DNA from: Hormiphora californensis
Lineage: Eukaryota > Animalia > Ctenophora
Length of the DNA stretch: 64,000 bases
Reading direction: 5' to 3'
Assembly: GCA_020137815.1 (NCBI GenBank)
Contig: CM035357.1
Span: forward strand, 3,224,001 to 3,288,000
The notes under the pieces were generated by a model, which was given only the letters and a program-made list of their open reading frames with translations, was not told where the DNA came from and ran no database searches. This document shows, piece by piece, positions 25,082 through 37,392 of this stretch. Each line of letters begins with the position of its first letter. The stretch's first letter is position 1. The translations under genes were made by a program, and so were the position numbers.

Positions 25082-27744
25082 ATGAGCAGTCTACCATCCC
25101 TGGCAAAAGAATGGGAGGGCGATATGGAGAAACCTGTTTTCAACACCCACACATCATCTTCCATTACGGTATGTCCAGGGGTATCAAGATTGCCTTGCTC
25201 GACCCTCTTTCCGTGCGCTCGTGCTCCGCTCGCTTTACAAATGAAAAGGAAGGTTAGAACATAACAAGGTTCAGGGTTGGATAGGGGGTGGATACTGTCA
25301 GAAAATAAATTGGGGACTTTTAATCATAGCGCTGGCAATTAGCGCCCGGGCCCATAATTTACGTAATTTTCCTAATTTGCATTTGAAGTGACGCCTGTCA
25401 CTTTTTATGAAGCTCAAACCTAATAAAGCGAGATTTGATCATGATCAAGAGTTAGACTCTATACTACTCTTTGCGATCTTGTCGTGAAATTATTTCACTC
25501 TTTTTTTCATCTTTGTTATCTTTGTCTGAAGCTTCCCACGGATATAATCATACTGACAGGTCGAAGAATTGGCGATAGCCCCAATAGAAATTTAGGGCTA
25601 GAACATAAATCATACAGAAAACAGAGAGAGAGAGAAAGAGAGGGGAGTGCGAAAAAGAACGATAGAGAAAATTGGTGATAAGCGAATTGCCTGCCTGCGG
25701 TTTGCCTCTAACACACTCAAGACAGAGAGGGGGAGAGAGAGAGGGGGGATGCTTTATCGGTTATTGAGAGAGCTATTCATGGCAACATCACATCTGGTAT
25801 ATGTTCGCCACTTCGTACTAAGTAGCTCTAAGATAACAGCTCTAGGGGGTCATGCTTTGACAATTGTAATATAAAACAACTTTTTAAAAAGGTTCCATCC
25901 GGTTATTATGTTTGAGGTTAATCACAATTTTGGAAAATAAATAGAAAATAAGTTTCCTGGGAGTTTTGACACGCTTAATTTCTCATCAGAGTTCTGGGAA
26001 TTCAGACCAATCTCGGTGGTCGCTGGTTCTAAAATCCACAGATTTCTACAAGTGGGTGTTATACTGCAGTGAACTTGATATCAGGGAAATATCTGTCTAC
26101 CGGAACATGAGTTGGAAGGTAAGAAAAGATAGGCATCACACGACACAAATAACTCCATTATATATGGGCATCACGTGACACAGCAATACCATATATGGGC
26201 ATCACGTGGCAAAGGAAAACAACACCATATATGGGCATCACGTGACACCTACTATCCCTTTCCCGCAGGTATGGTCCGGGGAACACACGATTAAACCAGA
26301 TCTTCTACAGAACACCTCCCCCTTCATTACAAGCTATAACGACTTTAAGAGCATACTTATCATGGTAGGTCGTTGTTTGACACCCCCCCCCCCCCCCCCC
26401 CCCCGGTTATTTTAACTCACCTCTCTTCACAAAACTGTTTATCTTTTCTGTCAGGGGGGGGGGCCGGCTGAAGTTTTTGAAGTTTGAAGTTTTCCACCCT
26501 ACTTTTTGAGTTTTTGAAGTTTTTGAAGTTGACTTCAAAAACTTCAAAAACTTCAAAAACTCTAAACTACTTTTATATGCTATCAGTGACTATTATTACA
26601 CTTGTTTAGGTTAGTTTCATGCTAAATACATATTGTGGCAAAGTTATCCGTCCTTGTCTTCCCTTTTTCTACCACAAATTAGGATATTTACAATGATTCC
26701 TAGCCATGAAATCCATGGCACAATTTGGTGTAAAAAATTTAAATTTTTTGTAAAAACAGATTTTATTTTCATTCTATAACTCAAAAAATTGCCTAGAAAA
26801 TGCTAAGAAAGTGTTTAAAAGTTATGAAGTAAATTTTCAAAATTTTTTTTGGGCCACACCCTTTTTGCCAGTCTCACAAAATGCAAATTTTTTATGTAGG
26901 GAGTAGTGAAAAAAATATGGACACCAAAATCATCAGCGGCCTCGAGTTAGTGGGGGTACGTGCCAAAATGAAGTCTCCACCTCATCTAATTCGAGGGATA
27001 ATGGGATATTTTCATAATTTTGTGTGTGCGCATGACTTTTTTTGGGCTAGACCAGTTTTAATGGTTTATGAGTGACTATAGACTTTTTAAAGGGGTGCAT
27101 CTTGTTCGGAATATGCAAGTTTATATAAGAGTTATGAAGCAACATAGGGCCTATCTCCAACGGTTTAGGAGATATGAGTTTTTGAAGTTTTTGAAGTTTT
27201 TGAAGTTTTCCACCCTAAGTTTCGCTTTGAAGTTTTTGAAGTTGACTTCAAAAACTTCAAAAACTTCAGCCGGCCCCCCCCCCCTTCTGTCACCGTGTCT
27301 CGAGGTGATGGCGTGATAGGAGCCAACTCAAAAGTTCTAGGGTATTTTAGTCAAACCGTTTAGTCGCCATGCTTGTTGTACCCATATATTCGGGAGGGGG
27401 AGAACCTTCCCCCTTCTATCATGTTATCGTCCCTTTTTTCTTTTTTTTTTTTGCTTCCTCTGTGCGGCATATTCCCCTTTCTTGGTACCCAGAGAGAGAT
27501 GTTATCGTCCCTTCTCTCCGTGGAATTGTGCATATGGGTGGATGAGTGATGAGATAGAGAGATGCAAAGATAGAAAGAGAGGGAAGGGAGAGAGATCTCA
27601 TCTCCAGAGAAGAAGAGATGAGGAGGCCGCTGCGGTAGGGTGTTATTGATTAGAAGTAGTAGTGGGATTCGAGCGTGTGTGTATCCTTGAATCCTTCTCT
27701 CCCTCTCTCGCCCTAATATCCTTTTCTCTCCCTCTGAGCTCTCT

Positions 27745-27812
<68 letters not shown>

Positions 27813-28694
27813 CCCGTGTCGCTAATTACGGTATCAAGCAATCAACTCACCCTCTCCACCCCTCAGGTGCAGAATGGCAGGGTATGCACGGGAATTCCTC
27901 GATCCCATACATCGCCCAAACGACGCCGGACTGCATCGAGACACTCCGAGGAGTGTGATAGGATCATATTCGGTGGGAGTGCCGGAACTGGGACTGCCCT
28001 GGCCGCGGAAATGGGTCTTATTGGGGGTAGTGTGTGCCAAAACTGTCATCGATCGGCCGATACTGCAGACAAATTCCTGGTATGTGTTTCGCTGGGGTTT
28101 CGCTCTTAAATTATGATTGTAATTGAGATCAATTACAAGATCCATAACACACCTATACTTAGTACCGATTCCCCCAATTTTCACCCTCTGTTAGGAAGTT
28201 GTTGAAATAGACGGAAAGGTCACTAAGAACACGGAAAACATTGAAAATCTCCAAGAGATAGTCCAGAGTCTGAAGAGTGAAGTGGACCAACTGAAGAGGG
28301 ACCATTGTGCTATAATGCAGTATTTAATTAACATCCCGGTACGAATATACCAGTTTTTTTTTCGCAACTTCTCCGTGCCCAATGGTATCCGAGATAGCAG
28401 TTTGGCACGTGATATATCTGGTGTTTTTAGAGAGATAATGGGCAAGCTTTCCATTATATTTACCGGCCTAGTATCTTTGTGGAAGATTCCTTCTTTGTTC
28501 AGGATCAGGCGCCAGCGTGTGCCCCGTACCATATATTTTGTGCAATTGTCTCTCCCTCTTCGGGGCTTTTAAAATCTGCTACTACAATGAAAAATGTTAC
28601 AACGCTATTTTCTTTTGTTCTCATTTCTCTTTCCGCTGCGCCCCATTCTTTCACAAGCGTCCGCTTTCTTTATCTCTCTCTCTCTCTCTCTCTC

Positions 28695-28750
<56 letters not shown>

Positions 28751-31700
28751 TCCCATAACTTAATGTCATTTTCAGCCGTCAGCCAACCAGAAACTTGCCT
28801 TCCAGAGTACCACGACAAAAGTCCGTTCTGCCATACACTCCTATCGAGCTTCAACATCCCTGGAAAATAGTCCTGATGAGGTAAAATACAGGAACCGACC
28901 GACACAAGTAAACAACCAATCAGAACTCGTTATTTAGGTCACGTGACTGGTTATCAGCCAATCAGGGACCAGTATTTCCTGATTCGGTCGGTTCCTGGGT
29001 AAAATATAATCAAACTTGAGAGTTATAAAATGTTCGGGGGTTATGAATGGGGGAGATAATTAGCGAAGCCATTGTGTGGAATGTGATCCAAGCAGTGGTA
29101 AAGATTTGGGACCATTTAAATCGAAGCATTTGTAGCCCAAAATTGGGGGCTAAAATGCTTCGATAAATGCGGGCGGAGGGGGAATGCTACAAATGCTTCT
29201 ACATATTTAAAGGCGGGGGGGGGGGTTCGAAAGAACAAAGAAAGGGAAATGGGCGGATAACAAGAAAATAAGAGGGGGGGGGAGAGATATCTTTTGATAA
29301 GTGAGGGGTACAATTTATAGATGAGGTGGATAACGATCGTACTTTGTCAAAAGACGGTCGGGCGGTAACAGATCTAGGCGCGGGTTCGATGATCCCCCCA
29401 CCGTTCAATGATCTCTTTCTCTCTCTCTTTCTCTCTTTCTCTCTCTCTCTCTGTCTTTCTATCTACGTCACTGTGACGTCACACCTATCTTGTCCCCCCA
29501 ACAACGTCATGCACCTACCCGTCTATGTCGAACAGATATGATTCTGTTGTCCCTAACACCCCATCTCTGCATGATATCCCCTCTCTCCATAATCAATGTA
29601 TTTTCCACACTGTCCTGATTTTAACGCCCCCCTTTTTAGTTTTTAACCCATCTCCTTATTCCTGTAGCTTGTCAATGCGATAGCTCTTGCCATCCAGAAC
29701 CGACCTGGATCGGAGGTGGGCGGTAGGCAGACTGCTGGGAGTGCAGCTGGAGGGGATGCCGCTGCTAAGTCAAGTGAATATGATGATATAAGTGAGTGGA
29801 ACATGTTCTCTTTCTCTCTCTCACTCTATCTATCTAATTATATCTTTCTATTTATGTCTGTGTCCTCTAATTGAAAAGTGGATCAAAATTGGCCTGTCAA
29901 ACCCCAATTCACCTTTCACAACAGGAGTTTCTTTCCCATGGCGATGTCATCGTATTCTTTCTTCATTTTTAGGGCATCTTGATCCACTTGACATCATCTG
30001 ACACCCCGGTGGCACAATGTGAGGAATCTAGGAATGGCATTCCTTCCGGCAAGTCAGCTCTGTTGACCTAAATTTCGGCAAGATTTTAGCCGGCGACCAT
30101 GTTTAAATTTCAGGATAGAAACAATCCTTGTGTTTCAGTACACATTCGTATTTTTCACAATTGTGCGAAGTTTTGGGGACGCATGCCTCCATTTGGTCCT
30201 TTTAAATTAAAAATGTGGATGAAATCACCAGAGATCAGTTCTAACTTCATTGAATCTGTATTTTAAAAAATCGGCATGCCGATATTTATTCCTCGAATAT
30301 TCCTTAGGAATGGGGAGGGAAAGTTGACGATTTCCTGCCGGAAAATAAAAAATTGAAATTTTCTAAATTAATCAAGTTTTAGCACTAACCCCACTAATTT
30401 TGGGACGCTGAATCACGTGAGCTACTTTTTAATCACCTCAGAGGTCAATTAAGTGTGCTAATTGGCATAATTAGCCGGTAATTAGCAACTTTTTAGAATG
30501 GGCTATTACTCATGTCATTGCCCACTATCCCCACTAATTTTTATACGCTGAATCACATGAGTTACTTTTCGAAGTTCTCCGGGGTCAATTAAAGGAGCTA
30601 ATTGGTATAATTGGTCGGTAATTGGTAAAATTTAACAAGGATTGTTACAATCGTGAAATTGAAAAATCGGCAACTTTTTTGTTATTCTCTGGCCATTCCC
30701 GGCAGCTTCAAATTGGCGTGCCACCGGGTCTGACACTATTTCTCAATAACATATTATGAATAGTTGGGGTGGGGTAGACACTAGAGTCTAGACTTGGCAG
30801 TAGACATATTACATGTACATTTTCTCCGAGTTGCTCTCTGGCCAACTTTATTATACTGACATCCCTTAGATTCTAAACCCCCAACCTCTCCTCTCCAGTT
30901 AGATTCTAAACCCCCAACCTCTCCTTTCCAGTGAGGTTCGGTGAAGATATCTCGATTGCCAAGTCCCAGCTATACAGCATCATCACAAAGGCCCGGAACT
31001 GTGCACATCCACAGACCGAAGCTGATAACGATGCTCGTGAAGAATCTTATACCGGATTATGAGGGAAAGAGTTATACGAGGCTGGACCCGAATCATACCA
31101 ACATTCTCCGCAGTAAGTGTATAGTAGTAGCTCACACTAGACCCTTCCTCCCCTCCCACCTGCACTCCGGCCCCCATACTAGCTCACACTGGACCCCCCT
31201 CCCAGCCCCTCCTCCTCGGTCCTTCCCCCTTCCACAGTTCACACTGGACCCCGCCCCCCTCCCTCACACTGCTATGTGAGGGTTCGGCTGTCGGTATAGA
31301 GCAGTAGTACCATGTCAATACCCCGTCCCTATTATAGCTTTAGTAAACCTCTTACTTAGCCTCTACGAAGAAGAAGAAACCTTTACTCCAGAAAGTTTAT
31401 TTGGCCACGCTCTCTCTCTCTCTTCGGTAGAACTATACTGCGATATCGAGTCTAAAAGATCCACTTTATAGAGGGGAATCCACTTTATAGAGGGGAATTG
31501 GGAATCTTAGGACACCCCCCACGAAGTTTCCAATTATTAACTTTATACCTACTTGGAAGACCCTATAGACTGAGAGAGGGGTGTATGTATGTGACAGTTA
31601 TCTAAAAGGGTCGGTTTGTTATAGTTCTAACCCTCATTTCGGTGAGAGAGAACAAGAGGGATTGGCATGTTGGTATGTTAAAGTTCTGGGGGGGGGGGGA

Positions 31701-31859
31701 AGTCCTAGATTTGACAAGGGCATCTTAGAGTTAAATGGTTAGAGAGATCAATAATCAAGTCTATGAGGCTAGCACTACTCAGTATGTGATTGTGGGGGGG
31801 ATAGTTAGACTATCGTGAAGTTTCACCGCCATATCCCCGCCGTCTCTTTTCTCTCTCTA

Positions 31860-31893
<34 letters not shown>

Positions 31894-32981
31894 ACTCTCT
31901 TTATCTATCTCTATCTATCTCCCTCTATCTCTCTCCATCACTATAACACTTTCACTCACTATATAATAGCACATTGACTATTATCAGCTATTATAACTAA
32001 GATAAAGACCATCTTCCAGGTTATCGAATTGTTTCTCAGAAATCCACCCCCCCCCCCCCCCCAACATCTTTATTATCTAGACCTAGAACCCCCCCCCCCC
32101 GACCCATTTGCAGCGCGTTCTCCTCGCATGCGATTTGGGTATCACCGCTCCTAGAACTCACACAAACCACTTTGGCTGCAGCTGGTATAACTGCCAACTA
32201 AACGCCACTTTTACCCAGTATAGCCAACCAACCAAACCCTACTTTGACAGGTCTGAGGTCTCTAAACCCCACTTTTACCCAGTGTATAGCCAGCCAACTA
32301 AACCCCATTTCTTTGACAGGTCTCTATTTCACGGTGTTCCCGGTGGAGGTAGATGAGACAGTGGTTGATGATGATATGCGGGAGAGAATTAAAACTCGGA
32401 TTGAGGAGGAAATCTGGCAGAAACTGAAGGTACCATATTAGGAATTGTGATGTTTTATTAATTAATCATGAAATACCCCCCCCCCCCCCCCCCGATCCGA
32501 TCCGGGCAGTTTTCGTTTTATATAATCCAGGCCATAGATTGACCCTTCCCTCTTCCCAGGTAACGATCACGGACTGTTGCAGAAAGGCAAAACCGAAGCC
32601 CGTGATAACGAGTACAGCACCTCCCGTTCCCAGTGGTTACTATCCCACGCTGCCCGCTAGCGTTATCTCAACTGGAAGCAGAAGTATCTCCCCCAGTCTC
32701 AGTCAGGCCATCAACTCACATATCTTCAGGTATTGAGGGGTGTCTTATAAATAGTCACGTGATTGTGACGTCATGTTTTATCCTTATTTGGAAGTACTTC
32801 TCTCCTTATTTGGAAGTATTTCTCTCCTTATTTGGAAGTATTGCTCCACTCACACGTGTGTTTACATTTCAGTACGTTGTCCCACCAGACGTTTAGTTCG
32901 GCAACAGGTCTGGGGCTCGGCCAGCAATCTCCCCATCTCTCCATGATAACATCATTAAAATCGGAAAACAACCACCTTTAG
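25082..32981 (+). CDS. Coiled-coil + BEN-domain protein, ~445 aa. Exons: 25082-25168, 26269-26364, 27867-28079, 28195-28338, 28776-28880, 29668-29791, 30932-31112 (one extra base), 32320-32429, 32560-32729, 32873-32981
   Basis: All introns are GT-AG with compatible phases except a +1 base in exon 7. Coiled coil ENIENLQEIVQSLKSEVDQLKR; BEN-like KLITMLVKNLIP...LDPNHTNILRSLYFTVFP...IWQKLKVTITDCCRK. Confidence 0.75.
26454..27284. mobile_element. Poly-G/poly-C MITE (TTTTTGAAG family) in intron 2 of the BEN gene
   Basis: Near-identical to 18871-19608 plus ~100 bp extra; 8-bp TSD ttctgtca. Confidence 0.9.
28889..28997 (+). mobile_element. 109-bp CAGGAACC MITE, inserted at a splice donor
   Basis: TIR caggaaccgaccga/tcggtcggttcctg; 9-bp TSD ggtaaaata, which includes the GT donor. 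Confidence 0.9.
30005..30728. mobile_element. Non-autonomous DNA element with an 8-bp TSD (hAT-like)
   Basis: tctgacac|cccggtggcac...gtgccaccggg|tctgacac. Confidence 0.8.
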
Positions 32982-33407
32982 AGTTGTCCAATTAATTAAT
33001 TAATTAACAATTAATTATTTGTGTGCGTGTTAATTAAATCATTAATTAACAAAGACCTCACCTTGGATAAGAGAGGAGAGAGAGAGTGTGTTTTGCGGGC
33101 CTTCCAGCTTGTTAAGTATTACATATCTTCCCCCGCCGATGATGATATCTAGTAATGTTCGTTAGTCTGTTGTTTTTTTGTGTATACCCTTAATTCTCCG
33201 TCGGGTTTTGTGTGTGTTCTGAGCGTGCGTGTGAGAGAGAGAACGTTGTGTTAGGATAAAATTCTATGGAGGGAAATAGAGAGAGAGAGAGGGTAGAAAG
33301 TTGCCTCCTCTCCTTATTCCCTCTAGGTGGGACTGATTTTTAGAAAATCGCACCCCTCTTCGAATATATGTGTATTGTAGGTTCTTGTGGGTTGAAATAT
33401 ATATATA

Positions 33408-34308
33408 TTAGGGTGATTCATAATGATTGATCCTTAGCTAATAACTCCCAGATTTCGAGTCAGGACCAAATAATACATGCTTTATCGTTTAGTATGGACA
33501 TTTTGCGACTGGAAAACGGTTTTTATATTCCAGTTGAAGATATATTGTCACCTTGACACTAGAAATAGAAAGTGTTGTAGAAGGTGCGGTCTCACGTCAG
33601 AAAATGGGGTGCCACATTTCAAGCTCTGGCGTTAAAATCTTAGTGTTTATTGATATGTGGCCGAATCAATGTCTTAGACCATAGTGTTAGCTTTAAAATG
33701 AGCGCAAATTCGATCAACAAAAATTTAAAACTCAGCTCTGGCAAGGGTTTTAAGAAATGACGTTTTCATTTCGTCTTTTGACTTCCAGCAGCGCTTGCCA
33801 GACCAAATATTCATGAATTTACATTTCAAGCACTAGAAAACTTAGATTGAACCATTGCTAAGGTGTACCAATAATAATACTGATGTTATCATTCGCTATC
33901 TTTGAAAGGTATGGTTTTTGAAACTGATCTCCAAAATGGCTGTTTTTCAGATGAAAATTTTCCTATTTTTACAAGTATTTTGGCATTCTACAAAAAATTT
34001 AGCCTCCAACTGGTAACAAAAAACATGTTTCTTGTTTAAGTGGTATTGACGCTATCGTTTAGTGAAGTTTTCAGACAATTTGAAACGATTTGCTGACTTT
34101 AGGAGCCAAAAAACGGGAAGTGAGACGCTAATCAGACCAAAGTTTACAAATATCGGCACAAAAAATGCTATTGACCGTAAAATCAGATTAATTAATATGC
34201 TAATCAGCTATATTTCGTCTCCTTGATCCGATAAAACAACCCGCATCTCATTCTGACAAGTATTTCTTAGTGAAATAACCAAGGATCAATCATTATGAAT
34301 CACCCTAA
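33408..34308. mobile_element. Non-autonomous TIR element with TA flanks
   Basis: TIR ttagggtgattcataatgattgatcctt / aaggatcaatcattatgaatcaccctaa. Confidence 0.8.
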
Positions 34309-34656
34309 TATGTGTGTGCAGCATGCTTGTGGGATGGTTTGTCAATGGAGCAATCTCATTGCACTTTGTCAAATTATTCCATCGACTACTACTGCAGAAC
34401 AGTTGAACACTAAAAAACAGAGGGGTGGGGTGGGGAAGAGACGGTCTGTTATAGTAAAACATTGCTATGTTTGGGTTTATCAAACATGGGGGAAGTGAAG
34501 AGTTAACGAGATCGGGGTTGATTTGAGAATTGAGGGGGGATTCAAGATCTGACAATCTATAGATAAATTTCATCTAAGTACCTGTCATGAAAAGGGTTAC
34601 CTCATGGTTATATCGAATAGGAAAACTACCGCAACTATATCATCATTCCCTGAATA

Positions 34657-34725
<69 letters not shown>

Positions 34726-35109
34726 CATTACCTCTTTACCTGTCTGCATTAGTTTTGATGGGGCCCTCAATATTTAGTGTGCTGCACACTACATGTGAGT
34801 CTAGTGTGTGCAACATGAGAATATATCAGTGATACCATATTTGGTCATGTTACGTCACCAATTGACCATATATGGAAATATCATTGATATTATCCGTATG
34901 TGTGTGTGTGTGTGTGTGTGTGATAGATGTCAGGCGGCGCCTGCTACTAATTCTCAAATGGCGCCCAACATGTGTGTGTGCGTGTATCAATCCTTGTACT
35001 CAACGTTTTTATTTCTCTTTTGATAGTTATTAAAATTAATTTCTATGCATATTCAATAATATAATACTAATCCTTCTCGATGTGAAATGTGTGTGTGCAA
35101 TATGTATAT

Positions 35110-35218
35110 CAGGAACCGACCGAATTTGGAAATACTGGTCCCTGATTGGCTGATAACCAGTCACGTGACCTAAATAACGAGTTCTAATTGGTTGTTTACT
35201 TGTGTCGTTTGGTTCCTG
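35110..35218 (-). mobile_element. 109-bp CAGGAACC MITE
   Basis: TIRs present; flanking direct repeat atatgtatat. Confidence 0.85.
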
Positions 35219-36949
35219 ATATGTATATCGGTGTGTGTCTCCTCAGTGTATTATGTGTATATTTTGTGTTTTGATTCTCTCGTTTTGTGGTAAAATATAG
35301 GACATATACGAGATAGAGATACTCTCTGTTGTGGGACTCTGTTGCGGGGCAACTGGAGAAATGAAAGTACAATTTTGGCAATTCTCCAAGTGGTTCTGTG
35401 ATTATGTACAGTGTGAGGTAAAAATATAGGTCAGATATGAAAATAAATTTTAAAAGTTGAACTCTCTAAATTACATTTAACAGTGTATTGCGTATTTCAG
35501 TTATAAATATATAAACATATGTATATCTCGCTCGTTCAGAGATATGTATCAAGAGTTGTGTATGTTTAAATGTGTTATAATCATGTGTTTACATAAACGT
35601 GTATTCGTTTAAAATTTGTGTTTAAAATTTCACCGTCTATTTTTTTATACTTAACAATATGCTAATTAAAAGATATATAGTGCGTTCTTATCAGTAGTAA
35701 TTACCAATTAATATTTTACCGCTTTATTGTACAAGGGAATATGATGTTTACATGTGATGAAGTAATATTATATATATACGGAGATATGATATAACATATT
35801 AAAAACGCTAACAGCTAAAAGTTAAATCCTATTTTTCAGTTTTAATTTTTCCTACAGCTCTGTGATAACTAAATATATTACTTCTTACTAAACCTCTCTC
35901 TCACTCTTAACTAAAACCCGCTATGTTTTGCAGTTCCTTTGTTCAGATATCAGAGATTATATTATATATAAAACAGATATAATATATAATGTGCGTGTCT
36001 GTGTGTGAGTGTAAATCAATATATAACCCTACCTTTCATAAGAATCAAGTCTAAATATACTAATATATATAAAGCTACAAAGAGTTTTGTGTGTGTGTGT
36101 GTGATGTCTCTGTCTAAATGTATACTAATCCCCCACTTTAGAGATCAGCTTGTCTATATATAACAGACCCATTTCCTCGGTTGGTAACTATACTCTCCCC
36201 ACTGCACCTTGTGGTTGTCTTGCTTGATCCTCTTCCCGCCCGCGGAAAGGAGGGTTAGAACATGACAACCATGTGGTAGAGGGGTATAGCAGGTTACCAT
36301 CCCACTCTGGTTTGGAGTTCTGAGACAAGCTAGATGCACGGCATACAATGTGTGTGAACATCAGAGGGGGTCCCATGTGGTGGTACCCCATATATAGTTG
36401 TATATCTGCCGCGCAAAGTGTAGAGTTCAGGAATGTGTAATTTGCTCCGGTCATAATCCGGGTTGTAGATTATACATTCCTGGTACTTTACATACATAAT
36501 TATATAATTCTAAATACTGTTTCTACTCACGGATTTTTAAAACTACTATGTACTAAGTTTAAGATTTTCCTAACAGAGTATATATATGTCTGAGTCTATT
36601 ATATACAACTAAATATACATGTATTTGTGTCAACTAATCCATCAAGCGAGTGAGAGTGCGTTTTGTGTACATTGTGTCTGAGATTCTGAGATCTAGCTCT
36701 CTCCCCCGACCCCCCTTGTGTGTCTTTCTATCTCTTAGATCTGTGAGGGTTCAAAGAAAGATGGGTTAAATATATTAAAGATCAAAAATACAGAGAGATA
36801 GATACAAAAGGTGTGGGAGAGAGAGAGATACAGGATCTATGTGTGTGAGCGAGAGAGAGAAAGCGAGACTTACAAACGGTTAACATTATAAGCTGTGTTA
36901 TATAACTTCCCCGAAAAAAGTGTCCTGTGTTTTATTAACCCCATCATCC

Positions 36950-37230
36950 CTGACCCTATCTCTTTCGAACCCTTTCTCCAGCTCTATCTTTCGCCAACCC
37001 TATCTCTATCCGACCCTATCTCTCTCCGACCCTATCTCTCTCCAGCTCTATCTCTCCAAACCTATCTCTATCCGACCCTATCTCTTTCCAGCCCTATCTT
37101 TCTCCAACCCTATCTCTTTCCAGCCCTATCCCTCGCCAACTATTTCCCTCTCCATCCCTATCCCTCTCCAACACTATCCCTCTCCAACACTATCTCTTTT
37201 CAACCCTATCTCTCTCCAACCCTCTCCCTG
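36950..37230. repeat. Degenerate short pyrimidine minisatellite (ccctatctctctcca-like)
   Basis: Tandem units just upstream of BTF3. Confidence 0.7.
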
Positions 37231-37392
37231 ATATTTATTTATTCTCCTCTCCGAATCATCCCATTATAGTTTACCTTGCTGGGTGGTTTTAACCGAATCT
37301 GATATTTTGGATCATATCCCATATCGCCACCAACGACTATTATATTTTTACTAACCTCTCCAATCTGTATAGCAGTAGCACACTCTCTCAAG

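Noticed and set aside
33000-36900. A hidden gene between the BEN gene and BTF3
   Set aside because: AT- and GT-rich with no coherent exon chain; more consistent with a long 3' UTR or intergenic DNA plus MITEs.
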